From: Eledone cirrhosa
Lineage: Eukaryota
Direction of reading: 5' to 3'
Assembly: GCA_964016885.1 (NCBI GenBank)
Contig: OZ024742.1
Location: 208,506,001-208,570,000, forward strand
DNA: 64,000 bases
Below are positions 15,063 to 28,270 of this stretch, in pieces (within the stretch, counting starts at the first letter, position 1; each line of letters starts with the position of its first letter). The position numbers and the translations under genes are program-made. Below the pieces are notes generated by a model. The model ran no database searches. It was not told the DNA's origin and saw only the letters and a list, made by a program, of their open reading frames with translations.

Positions 15063-17457
15063 ATGGATAGACACTATATAGGAAAGTCCTTAAAAACATA
15101 CCTATACCTACACACAGGGAATAAACGCTCGGTATGATACACATAACTAATGACTTTATCCGTAGAATCCGATGGAAAGCATATCATTACGATAATGGAC
15201 ATAATAATAATGATAGAAATGATGGGTCTACCAGTGAAAAATATGGGTTCAAATCCTGTAAAAATCCACCGAACAACCCACAACTTAAAGCCTTTGAACT
15301 TGATCTCATGAACATGACAAAAGAAACTAAATTCAAAAAACGAACACATCATAACAAGCTGCAAAATAACATCAATGCACTACTAAAAACAATTGCGTAA
15401 CACCAACTGTATTATAGTAAAGGCAGTCAAAACATCAAACGTATACACCATGAGCGCCTTAATACATACAACATTATACACCGTGAATTACACCAAAAAT
15501 ACAAGAAAACTACAGATTCTACACTCAATAACATTAACAAGGAAGGACTTAACATAGTAAAAAACTTAAAATATCTGATAGAAACGAACATCTAACCCCT
15601 TGTAAACCCGCTTTTAATCTGAAGGATCATAAATGCAACTTCGAAACTGACCCTACTATTAGATTAATATGTCCGTCGAAATCTTATATAGACAAAATTA
15701 GCAAGTATATACTAGATAAAATAATACCACAAATTAAAGAAAAACTAATAATTAAGCTCTGCTGTAACACTAACGAAGCAATAGATTGGTTTAGTAAATT
15801 AGACAATAGAGAATCTTCCGATTTCATACAATTTGACATCAATGACTACTACTCTTCTATTTCCCCAGTAAGCCTAAATAAGGCACTATCCTTTGCACCA
15901 AAAAAAACTCTGACCCATCAGCAGAGGAAATTAAAATAATACTAGCTGCTAGAAGAACAATCATTACGTTCGATAACAGTTACTGGGAAAGAAAAAATAG
16001 ACAAAATAACTTTGATATCACTATGGGATCGAACGATTCAGCCCAAGTAACGGACATTGTCGGAATATATATAGCACATATCTTACATAGGGAATTTGAT
16101 AATCTACAAGGAGGAATTTATAGAGACGATACATTACTTTTAGCTAAAAACCGAAATAATCAAAACTTATAAAGAATACGGAAAAGGATTACGACTTTCT
16201 TTAATAAATTAGGCCTTAACATCACTTTTGAACTCAACTCTAAAAAAGCTAACTTCTTAGATGTATCACTTAACCTAAACACTTGACTAATAGAACCATT
16301 CCATGAAAATAACGAAAGTCTAGCTTACATTAATTATAACTCTAATCACACTCGCTCCATAATTAACTCCCTAGCACATAGTATATCCCTTAGAATCTCG
16401 TGCTTATCTTCTAATCTAGAGATTTTTAACGAACACGCTAACTACCACAACATAGCTTTACTTAAGGCAGGCCATAAAGACAAACTTAAATACATACTAG
16501 ATACAAAAATAACAACACACTTAACAGAAATAACACTACCCACACCTATAGAAGCAACAAATCTAGGACTAAACATAGAAATTGGTAACAAGCACGAGAA
16601 TTAATAGAACCGAATACTAATATAAAGACCACTAGAAACTATAGAAGATGCAGAGATAGAAAGTACTTATGGTTCAATCCAATATTTAACTCCTCTATAA
16701 AAACAAAACTACCTTATACTTTCTTTAAATTAGTTGACAAACACTTCCCTAGGCTTCATAAATATCATAAAATCTTTAATAGAAAACTATCAAACTATCT
16801 TACTCCACTGCCAACAAAATAGAATCGCACATACGTAAAATTAACTATAAGAGAATTTATAATACAAGTAGCCCGCAAACAAGTACCATAACACCAAATA
16901 TAAAACACAAACACATATCATCACAACCAAACACACGTCAGAACACATCACCACAATACATCAACAAACCCAATTCTCAGCCCATACATAACAACATACA
17001 AAACCATATCTAGGAACCTGCAAATAGGAAGGCGTCGAAATGTAACTGTCATCTACCTAATAAATGCCCATTACAAAATAGATGCCTGAAGTCAAATATA
17101 GTGTACCTATGTACTATAAATTCAGGCAGCATAGAATTGGCATTACATATGTTCCACAGCGGTCGACTTCAAGAAAAGGTGGTATGTCCACAGACACTCT
17201 ATGAATAACAGGAAGCTCATGAATACAACAACACTCGCCAATAAAATCTGGCAACTCAAAGATGCAAACCAGGAATACAGAATCAGCTGGACGAAGTGAT
17301 AGCCTATAGAATTGGCATGTCCATCTGTGGTCTTTGTAATATGGAACTTTTCCAAATTTTAAAATACAACAAAATGCTACTTAACAGCAAAATTGAAAGA
17401 ACTATTTTCTGTAGGCATAAAACGGCGACCACATTTGAGAACTTTAGACCAATTTAA
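15063..17457 (+). pseudogene. PLE RT-EN ORF (frameshifted, with stops)
   Basis: SLKNIPIP, FIRRIRWKA, FIQFDINDYYSSI, FDITMGSNDSAQV, GIYRDD (~16115-16130), NFLDV, WFNP, HKYHKIFNR, CNCHLPNKCPLQNRCLKSNIVY, CRHK. Confidence 0.9.
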
Positions 17458-18258
17458 TTCATTCCATCTATTCAATAACTGAAATTGTACCACTTAGATC
17501 TATTATAATATCGTATTACCATGATTATTATTATAATTGTCATCATCTGTCAATGAACAAACATCATAACCTTTTATATGTTATATTTATATTTTATATA
17601 TCTCTCTTTCACTTTCTATCTTTCTATTTCTCTCCCTAAATTTATTTCATCTCTTGCATTTTAGCATACTTTATCTTATCATATTATTTTCACTTCTAAT
17701 ATAACTTGCAGTTAATTAATCAAATAATTAATTAATTATATAATTAATTTATTAAAATAACCAATACACACATAAATATATTTAACATTTTCATGTTTAT
17801 ACCTTCATATCTCTATATTTTAACTACCAACACCACAACTACTCTCAATAATCTTACTACGTTTACTTTTCTTCGGACATATAAACAGGTTTTATATATT
17901 TATTTTCATATTTTGTATTGTTTTGTATCATCCTCGATGTAACTTGTTTATTAGAACTTATTCATTAGCATTTATTCATTTATTATTCATTTATTGTTGA
18001 TATAATTATTTTCACTTTATTTTTATTTTTATTTTTATTTACCTTTATTTCTTCTTTATCCTTTTCTCTCCTCTTTCTCTCCTCTTTTCTCTCTGTCTTT
18101 TTTCTCCATATCTTTCTCCATTTTCCTTTCTTCTTTTTAATTTTTCTTTTTTTCTTTCTTGCTTCCCTCTATCTCTCTGTCTTCTTTTCTCTTTCTATCT
18201 TTATTATTAATATTATTAATGATGCTGTAATTTGAATTCTGAACATATAAGTCATTTA

Positions 18259-18362
18259 TCTCTGATGATCTGATTAGGCTAACAACGTATTTAAAATCGA
18301 GTGGCACTGCTTCAAGTGTTCAGCAATTTTTAGACAACTTAATCAGTGGAACAATTATCAGA
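18259..18362 (+). ncRNA. Hammerhead with long stem II, mutated core (GAAA>GGAA)
   Basis: tct CTGATGA t-ctgattag...ttaatcag-t GGAA caatt ATC aga. Confidence 0.65.
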
Positions 18363-18867
18363 GTGTAAATAAATCCCTTTTTTGTACTATTGACAATGTT
18401 ATTCTTCACTTTTTCAAAATTATTACTCCAAGATAAACTTACATAGGAATACAAGTTAAATCATAAACTAGCCACCTACGTAAACACCTTGTTGAGCCAA
18501 ATAAGCCGTACGCTGAAACTATCCATAATACGAAGTATTCACAACCTCTAACTGGATTGCCTATAACGATATTTTAAGCGAAATCCTATTTATTTTTTAT
18601 TATAAGTTGAGCCAACTTATGCAGCTTCATATGCAAATGAGATTAATCACCTCATTTACACAGACGAGAAAAGTATATATTCTCCACTGTCTTCTAGTCC
18701 AGCAGTCGCAAGCGGTGGGAGGGACCATCCTGTCGAAGGCAAGTTAAGCCTGAAATGCATAGACGGTTGTTCCCCTTGCTTCTGCTGGACATCACCAGAG
18801 GGCGTTAGCCCACCGGTGTTTGCATAGCTACGGCTTCCTAAAACCGTATTTCCTGGGATATACGAAA

Positions 18868-18983
<116 letters not shown>

Positions 18984-19532
18984 TATATATATATATATAT
19001 ATATTGTGTTAGTTTTATTACATCTAGTTGAGAGCTTATCATGATGATTAGCGGAAATTAAAATATTTCCTTTCGCTAACATTTTGAATGACCCGCCTAA
19101 AACCGGGGGTTTTTCTCGGAATTAACACGTGATAGCTATATATACGATAAGCAGCATGTAGCAGCAACATATAATGTATCACTCCGGTCCTAGGTAGAAC
19201 GATAAACCTGTTGATAAACTGAATCCTTCGTTCGATCAACAACACCATGAGCTTGCCATTCACGTAAGTCGGATTTTCAAAAAACACTTTAAACGATTGT
19301 TCGTTTGATTTGTCCAGGTGTACTTTTCTCAACCTGATTAGTTCTATCGTTGCTTTGGTATGTATTGTGTGTTAGTTTCGCCTACCACAATGTTCGATTT
19401 GTCAAGCTATTTAAACGTATGTTATTACTCTAAGGTCCTATCTTGTCGAGAGCTTTGCTAACTCATCTTTTCATATAAGTAGGCCAAATTTACTTGCAAA
19501 CCGCCAGAAATTCGATTTTACTGATTTCCAAT

Positions 19533-19572
<40 letters not shown>

Positions 19573-19595
19573 CTTATATATATGTATATATATAT

Positions 19596-19682
<87 letters not shown>

Positions 19683-19692
<10 letters not shown>

Positions 19693-19956
19693 TATATATA
19701 CGTACATACATATATGTATACAGACGTACAGTAGTATGTATATATGTATAATTCGGGATGTTACTTTAAAAATAAACCGAGCATTATAATAAATGTTCGG
19801 TGAATCCATACGTATATATATATGTGTGTGTGCATGGATGTATATATATACATACTACTGTACGTCCGTATACATATATGTATGTACGTATACATACTTA
19901 TATTTAAGTAACAGCCGTACTAAGAGTGAGGAATGAAATTTCGTTTCATTTTTTCC

Positions 19957-19960
<4 letters not shown>
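19683..19960 (-). repeat. Rearranged copy of the dispersed repeat at 48280-48700
   Basis: 19770-19815 is the reverse complement of 48346-48390, and 19890-19960 of 48628-48695; also a local inverted repeat. Confidence 0.7.
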
Positions 19961-20014
<54 letters not shown>

Positions 20015-20366
20015 GCGTGTGTGTGTGGGGGGGGTGTATTTATATCTGTATTATATCAGTATTTTTGACCGTTGGTCAGTCAGTGGTAAACATTGAGGAC
20101 CGAATGGATTAACTGTGGCGATATAAAAGATACAGAAGAGAATACCAACCAAACAGTGAGTGTGTTATGTTATTATTTTTTGCAATATTATTACAATATG
20201 AAAACCCCAAGTATAACAATATATATATATATATATGGGACAGTGTGAAATTTCTTTTTGAGAGACTGCTGGAATATCAAATTTGGCGGTCATTCTAGCA
20301 CTGACGGAGACCATCGCTGAATATTAATATCAGTATGTTTTTTTTTTATATTGATATTGCTTGGCA

Positions 20367-20489
20367 TTCCCTGATGAGTTATAAGTGCCCACCTGCTTGT
20401 ATACCTATGGACTATATGCAATCTTCTACATAACCTGGACATTATTTTCCCAATTTGTAGAAAACTTATAACGAAACGATTGTTTGGAA
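20367..20489 (+). ncRNA. Hammerhead with ~75-nt insertion in loop II
   Basis: ttcc CTGATGA gttataagt ... acttataac GAAA cgattgtt tggaa; 9-bp perfect stem II base. Confidence 0.78.
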
Positions 20490-20659
20490 GGAGAGATGTA
20501 TTTAATTATGTCTCATATAAAATAATACAGCCGGCTCTCTTCAAAATACAATATAGTTAGCACCCCAAACATATAATTATGGTTATACTCAGGTATATCC
20601 GAATGTTTTTTGATTGAGATGGATGTCGGTCGGAGTATTGCTTAAAGCTTTCTCTGTTA

Positions 20660-20696
<37 letters not shown>

Positions 20697-20701
<5 letters not shown>

Positions 20702-21607
20702 AGATCAAAAGATGGTTAAAAGAGTTCCAAGTATTTTATTATGCGCATTTTAAAAACAAATATCATCATGAGATGATATTTGCGTTTTCATCAGACAAAA
20801 TAGGGATACATGACATGAAGGTTAAAAAACACTTGTGAATAGTGAAGTTTTAAATCAACATATGAAAAATAATTTAAGATTGATGTGTGATATTGGGAAA
20901 AAAAGAGGGGGGTGGAAAGGGTAAGGAAGAGGAGGAGATGAGAGTAAAGAATGGTGGGGGATGAGTATAAGAAGGAAGGATGAGAGAGGAGTAGAGATGG
21001 GTGATAGAGAGAGAGAGATAGCCTTTACAACTGAGAAAAATATATATTGTCTCACAGAGAGAAGTTAAAAAGCCGTTGGAAGATGATAATTTAAAAGAAT
21101 TTGAAATTAAAAGTTGATGAAGAGAAAAAGGGGTTAAGAATAATATTAGATTAAGGGTTGTATATTGAAGGGTTTAATAATATGTGCGAGGAAAAGAAAT
21201 TGTTAATATGTATTGTTAAAATAAAAATATTAATGTTAAGGATATAATGTGAAAAGAAGTAGAAGAGTGGATGAGTTATGAATTTAGAGGAATTAGTTAG
21301 TGTTTAAGTTTGCTTTTATGTAATGTAATATGTGTGCGTAATATATGTACGTAAATAGTTTGTTTAAAAATGAGCGAAGAAAGCAAAGAAGAAAAGAATA
21401 TTTAAGGAAGAAAAATATATATATGTTTACGAAATATTTTCTAATGACGATATTTGTTTTTGAAATGCGCCTATTAAAATACTTGGAACTCTTTTAACCA
21501 TCTTTAGATCTTATATTATTTATACTCCAGTCCTACAAAATTGTAGAGTGCTACTTATCCGATATTTGCATTGCTTTATTGTGCTACAATAAAACTCACC
21601 TCCTACA
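20697..21607. mobile_element. PLE 3' UTR (minus strand) with inverted tail copy; family of 44740-46360
   Basis: 20697-21130 is the reverse complement of about 45980-46360; HHR 20734-20800 (GAAA>AAAA); inverted copy 21445-21607 starts inside HHR stem II. Confidence 0.8.
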
Positions 21608-21661
21608 TATATATATATATATATATATCCAAAATTAAATTAAGGGTTGAGTATATATATA

Positions 21662-21930
21662 CTCAAAAGTGACACAGAGGAGACTGAGGTTGGCTGGACA
21701 TGCTCACCGACATCCAGAGTTGACATTGCACTCAGTGCTCCTTTGGGCGCCCTTACATGGACACATTAGAAGAGGAAGACCAAGGTTAACATATGTTGAT
21801 GCCCTAAGAACAGACACTGGTCTGTTGGAGATGCAGGATATGGCAGCGATAATGAGGGACAGAGACCGCTGGAGAGAACTCGTCCATGGATCTCGGGAAT
21901 TTTACCCGCCTTAGATAGATAGAGAGATAT
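21662..21930 (+). mobile_element. RTE-clade LINE 3' fragment
   Basis: RRLRLAGH...LLWAP.HG.RRGRPRLTYVD...RDRWRELV followed by a (TAGA)n-like tail. Confidence 0.85.
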
Positions 21931-21945
21931 ATGTATATATATATA

Positions 21946-22010
<65 letters not shown>

Positions 22011-22549
22011 GAAAAGTATAGAAATTATTGTAGCGAGAAGCTAACAGTATTCCATAATATATAGCGTCAAAATGGGAAAATAGTTAACATAAGATATGGG
22101 AAAAATAATTCAAACTCAATTAAAAAAGAATCAGGATATAGATTTATCCAACAGAATTTAGAGAAATCCAAGAAAAATCAATAGAGCCTTAACTCATGAT
22201 AAAACAAAGTCTAAAGTACTCATCCTTCAATTTGGGACAACTTCAAATGCTCTATATAGTCTTGAATAGACTATTTCACGAAAACTTTCAGTGGGGATGG
22301 TCACGGTTGGATTTCGTTCATCAGCAGAGCTCAACATTGTAACCAAGGTCTCACTGATTAATATGCCAAAAAGGGAATTTAAAAGCAGGCTAGTTTAACA
22401 TCATGCGTGATTATGAAAATAAAACGCACATGTGGAAAAACAGGGCTGGTGACGTCAGAATGAGAGGAATGTTTGTTTACATGAAACAACAGTCAAAAAC
22501 ATTCCGAAAAAAACTCTACAATATATATATATATATACATATATATATT

Positions 22550-23368
22550 TATTAGGGTTTGTTGGTCCATCACTAGATAGAACTGGTCAATCTGTGTGGT
22601 CAGCCACGATGTAATGTTATGGAAAGCACTCAACGTAATGCAACCACCCGATTTGATTTGTGTAGTTGGTGGTGCGAGTACGGAGTTAATTATTACAAAA
22701 TAACAGGAGGCTGGATTGGTGTAAATCCTTGAAAGGTTTATTATACTATGATCATTTCAATGTCCGGGTTCAGTATGAATCCGGTGACATCATCAGGTAA
22801 TTCAAAATATAACGAAGGAATATAACAGATAAAAATCATGGATGGAAGAGAAGGGGTTGTAACAGGTGATATCTGGTGTATTTTCGAGTCTTAATATTCG
22901 ACGTGGATCACAAATGCCCTGAAGTATAGGATAGAGAAATCAGTCAATAAAATACACGCAATATTAGAATACGCAGAAATATTTAAAGGAATCATTTAAG
23001 TCTGTCGTAGTCTGGAGATTCCCGACATGGGAGCAGTGGTGGACTAGGTGGGTGGTAGACAAAGATACTACCTTCTGGTGTGGGGGCGCAGACCTTTAAT
23101 GTACAACCACCATCCCGTCAGATGGATTTGGGATGCTTTGAGCTTTGTCTACTGCCCACCTAGTCCACCGCTGCTCCCATGTCGAGATTCTCCAGACTAC
23201 GACAGACCTAACCGATTCCTCTAAATGTTTCTGCGTATTCTAATATTGCGTGTATTGTATTGACTGGTTTCTCTATCCTATACTTCAGGGCATTTGTGAT
23301 CCACGTTGAATATTAAGACTCGAACATACTCCAGGTATCACCTGATACCACTCCTTCTCTTCCATCCT
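22550..23368 (-). mobile_element. PLE-like 3' fragment with HHR and ~240-bp inverted duplication
   Basis: 22841-23066 is inverted relative to 23141-23368; tail 22555-22745 resembles 60705-60900. Confidence 0.7.
22744..22799 (-). ncRNA. Type I hammerhead ribozyme
   Basis: Minus strand tac CTGATGA tgtc-accggattca-tac-tgaacccg-gaca tt GAAA tgatca TA gta; palindromic stem III ATGATCAT. Confidence 0.75.
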
Positions 23369-24609
23369 CTATGTCTATATGTATAACCCTGTATTATCCG
23401 AATGCCCCTCGATCTTTCTTATATTTCCCCGGTGTTTATATTTCCCATGTGCTTATATTTCCCTTGTGTCTTGATTTCCTCGATATGTTCTCTATACTTC
23501 CGCTTTACTCGATGCATCACCATCCTAGTTATGAATGCATTTTTTTTATTTATGTATTTTTATTGTTTTATTTATTTACGCATCTGGATTTTTATTTTTT
23601 ATGTTGTATTTTGCTTATTATTTCTTTTACTTATGTATGTACTTACTCGCTCTATTCCCAGTAGATAACTACCACTCTGATCATTAGCACACGACCCTGG
23701 AACATATCTGTTTCCTTATCCATTCCCCATACCCAACATAGAAGAACACTAATACAACCTGGACTAACTGGGGACTTGATATAGGCTATTGGCGCATTTC
23801 ATCGCGTTTTACCTCTCTCAACCTCACACCACGGGTGTGAATAAATATTAATTGTCTGGTAACACGCGATGATACGACGGATGTGGAGTGTTTCCGGACT
23901 GCGCGCCGGCCAATCGCGCGTTTTAGCCTTCCTTGAGTGCTTGGAAACATAAATCTCCCATTCTTTCGATAAACGAAATTACTCGGAACCGCTCCTTCGT
24001 CCCGGGGTTATGCCGGGCTCGAGACTCACCGCGCCGCCGGCATTGACTGGCAAATAGTACTCTTATTCTGTAGGCTTACTCATAACCCTTAGCTGTATTA
24101 TGCCTCTTCCTACTAGCTCTTAACTTAACCCCCACAAATAGCATGGTATATACGATGGCCAGCCGGCGTTGGAGGCTCCGTGCAGGCACAACCGACGCCT
24201 CACACAGCTATATTCCTGGAGTGCTCGGAAAAGCTAATTTCCATTTCTTTCGCGAGACGATAGTACTCGGAACAGCTTGGCACGTGGGAGGGGGTGGCTA
24301 GCACAAGACACGCAGTCGTCGCTGGTTATTGACCGCTAGCACGGGCATATTTTTACTATATATACTACCCTAACAATTTATCGTGCCTATATATATATAT
24401 ATATATATATCACACCTAAACTTCTTCATAAAAACCACCTCATGTTAATTGTCACCTTCTGTCTATATCAATTAAACACACTCTCTATTTCTCACTCTCT
24501 CTGTCAGTCTTTCTCTCTTTCTCATTCTCCTACAATCTCTCTGTGTTTTACTCTCTCTGTCACTTTCTGTCTCTCTTTCATTCACACACACTCTCTCCCT
24601 TTTTAATCT

Positions 24610-24795
24610 CTATGTCTGTTTGTCCTTCCTGAGTGAACCCTAGTTGGTCATTATATTTTTACACGTATATGTAAACCCCCACTGTACCTGACTGTTGTAT
24701 TGTCCCCTATATATCGACCCTTGTGGCTAATAAATGAAACTATTATTATCATTATTATCATTATTATTTGTAGTAGTAGTAGTAGTAGTGGTAGA
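24610..24795 (+). mobile_element. L1/Tx1-like 3' UTR fragment with (TAT)/(TAG) tail
   Basis: tatgtaaacccc...ttgtattgtcccc...cccttgtggctaataaa parallels 37488-37546. Confidence 0.6.
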
Positions 24796-25139
24796 GTTTT
24801 GCAACCTACTTGATTATGATATCAACTGTAAAACACCTTTTACAATCCAAACAAATATTTCCAAAAGATCATAGATCAGGATTAAATACGAGTACCGTAG
24901 CACACATTTCACTTAAAATTTCATTTGCCTGGAATAGTGGAGATCACTGATCCATAAATACAATCAAATTTCAACAAAAAAAAAATCAATAGCACATGAG
25001 ACAATTCTTGAAAGCTTTTCACTTCTGTATAAATGTCGAACGCAAAAGGTGGTTTTCATCCGAAGGCATTGTATTAATGATGCACACACAAACACACACA
25101 CACATATATATATATATACATATTACATATATATATATA

Positions 25140-25225
<86 letters not shown>

Positions 25226-25257
25226 AAAGAATAGAGGTGTAACACACAAGTTATTAT

Positions 25258-25626
25258 ATATTGGTAAACGGATTAGAAAATGCTGACAAATTGTTCACAG
25301 TGAGAAATAGTTTAATTAGGAATAAGTGAGAATTAGTAATTGTATTGGTTAGTATTCAGCTTTGGTTTTAAGTTTTACCGGTTGCGCATTTCTAATGCTT
25401 TTCAAAAATAATTTTGAGATAGAGCGTCCGTGATGTATGCTCTGATCTGAGCAAACATCACGGACGCTCTATCTCAAAATTATTTTTGAAAAGCATTAGA
25501 AATGCGCAACCGGTAAAACTTAAAACTAAAACTGAATACTAACCAATACAATTACTAATTCTCACTTATTCCTAATTAAACTATTTTTCACTGTGAACAA
25601 TTTGTCAGCATTTTCTATTCCGTTTA

Positions 25627-25633
<7 letters not shown>
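25258..25633. repeat. Near-perfect ~185-bp-arm palindrome (fold-back PLE tail) in (TA)n
   Basis: Arms are reverse complements about a centre at ~25445; an unfolded family member is at 56290-56640. Confidence 0.9.
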
Positions 25634-25661
<28 letters not shown>

Positions 25662-25673
25662 CATATATATATA

Positions 25674-25763
<90 letters not shown>

Positions 25764-25874
25764 GAGAATTAGTATATTTACCATCATATGCGTACAGATG
25801 TACACTAATGCTAGCAAATACATAAGTTATGTCATAGTACCTAGGTGGTTCAATGCAGGAGGATGCAGAACAAT

Positions 25875-25986
25875 TATATGAAAGACGTAAAATAAAATTT
25901 TAAAATTTTAAAATTAACTTACTTACTAACATTTTAGTAAGTTAATTTTTAATTTTTAAAATTTTCTTATTTTACGTCTTTCATAT
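25875..25986. repeat. AT-rich palindrome
   Basis: atatgaaagacgtaaaata...tattttacgtctttcatat. Confidence 0.8.
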
Positions 25987-27031
25987 ATTTATATATATAT
26001 ATATATAACTAGGCATTGGCTGATTCTGGTTATAACAACAAAATTTCATACCTCCATGATGCAGGCTCTATAAAGCCCCCCCCCCTCCCCTGATGCAGGA
26101 CCAGTGTTATAGCGAGCCATACCTATAACCAATGCCACAGTGGCCTAACTAGCGTAAAAAATATTAGAAGAGATAATAGTGCCACTAGCTACGGCCCGCA
26201 TCATAACTATAAAGCTAGCGGGAAGGGTGTGTTACCACATCCACACCATCATAGTCCGTCTAATAGTAGCAACTACAGCCTACTTGAATTATTCCCTGCT
26301 TAAAGGCTTAATAAAAGTAATGGTTTATTACCTACACCTTCTATCCCGCCTAGGGTAACTCGGAACCGCCGTGCTGGGACAGTCTGTGCACTCAGACATA
26401 ATGCCAACAGAGCACGCAATATACAGCAGCCCTATAGCCTTGATAGGGACACCCATATTGGCAATAACGCCCATAGAAACCCCCGAACTACGCGTAACCG
26501 CGACCGTAATGTCCTATGGTTCAATTCCACCTACTCTTGGAGTGTGGCCTCCAATTTACTGAGAATCTTCTTCAACGCCTTAGAGAAAAACTTTCCACCT
26601 AACCACAGGTACAGAAAAATCCTAAATAAGAATAACGTAAAAATCTCCTATTCTACTACACCTAATCTAGCTAATCTCATAGCAATAAGTAACCACAACA
26701 AACTAACTAGTATACAACATCCTAGTAATAAGAATTTTAGGGAATACGACAACTCAGTTAACGTTAACAATTCTTTCGCCCCGCATGATAACGATGGTAG
26801 TAACCAGGATAGGTATCCTAGTATTAGCAGTGGTTTACACAATAGCACCACAGCAGAAACTAACTGCTGCACCAGTAGTGAGACTGACGACAGGGTTAGA
26901 AACCTTAACAGCTCTAACAACGGCTGTAGAAGACGCTATAACATGAGAGGTTGGAATGGCACCACTTCGCGTGTTTATAGCTATAATAATGTCAACTACA
27001 ATAATAGTAGCTATGGTGATGATGATAATAA

Positions 27032-27215
27032 TAATTGTTTCTACTCTTCGCACAAGGCCAGCAATTATCCACTGTATTGCTGGTACTTTATTTGATCGAC
27101 CCCGTAAGGATGAAAGTCAAAGTTAACCTCGGCGGGATTTGAACTCAGACGATAAAGGGCCGTAACTCTTTGCTGCAAAGCATGGCGTCAGACCCTCTAC
27201 CGATACTGCCAATCC
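27032..27215 (-). mobile_element. tRNA-derived SINE family A nested in the PLE linker
   Basis: Reverse complement of the family consensus, with A and B boxes. Confidence 0.9.
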
Positions 27216-28270
27216 AACAATACCAACACTCACCACCTCAGAGGTGACCGTAATAAATATCGCAATTGTCGAAACCCCGCAAACTGTCCACTCCGAGGCT
27301 ACTGCTTGGCTAAAAACGTTATCTATAGATGTTCGGTTACTAGTCATAATAGTGTTAAGTATTACATATTACTGGGGCGTTCAAGACCAGATTTCGAGCA
27401 CATCTCCACTCTTTTAGTAATAAGAAGCTTAGATACTCTATCTCCCTCGCTAACTATATCACCCATTTAAATGACTCTAACATTAGCTTAACCACTCATT
27501 GGGAAATTGTGAACCAAGCAACACCATACAATTTTTAAAAAAGCTGCCAACTCTGCCTAAATAGTCGGGATGAAACTGTCATCAATTGCGGCCATAGACT
27601 ACAACAATCTTTCTATAGATGGACCACATAACCACCATGATACCTGAGGCTGTCAACACCACACCATGGCCTGACTCACGAGTGGTGGACTTACCATTAA
27701 ACAACTTGGAACAACACCACCATCCACCCTCTGTTCTCTCTGCAGGAAGCTGCACTGCATATATTTAGCTGGGCTTACCCCGCTATATTCTTCGACACTG
27801 CCAGACATATCTTTGGGTAATTTTACAGAACCGCCGCTTATACCCAAGAAACTTCTTAGACAACTGATCATATAAATATACAAATTCCATCTAAAGTGAC
27901 TTTATCTTTCTAGGCCTTCAAACTCACACTGAACTTGCCACTTTGCAGTAGTTAAACTTATGTATAGTCTTTAATGACTTTACTAATAATTTATACTCAT
28001 ACTCACACCTTAACACCGCCTCATTACATTGAGTCAACTAACCCTACTTACGTTAACTCCCTTTAAATAATAAATAAAATTTCTTATTATGCCGGTAGCC
28101 GTCATTAGTTTGACAAGTAACATTAAACCAGCACCGGTAATTACCTCCCTTAGCATACAAACATCTTTCCACCATTTTTCTATACTTAGCTTATATATAA
28201 TATGCATTCTGATGTTTAAGTATTATTCTACCCGTATAGGGTATTTAATTAAATTTTGCCTTAGTATCTG

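Larger units (their letters stand above)
14850..18572 (+). mobile_element. Near full-length Penelope-like retroelement (Hydra-clade-like) with pseudo-LTRs
   Basis: ~150-bp direct repeats at 14850-15000 and 18424-18572; RT plus C-terminal GIY-YIG ORF relic; HHR at 18259-18362. Confidence 0.9.

Noticed and set aside
15063-17457. Selenocysteine (Naiad-like) recoding of in-frame stops
   Set aside because: EN is C-terminal, stops include TAA/TAG, frameshifts are present and no SECIS was seen: ordinary decay.
19030-19135. ATGATGA followed by a ttagcg/cgctaa stem
   Set aside because: No GAAA after the stem; the nearby GVIHY translation is only a weak EN hint.
22312-22326. CTGATGA-ac-GAAA on the minus strand
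   Set aside because: No room for stem II and no stem I/III pairing.
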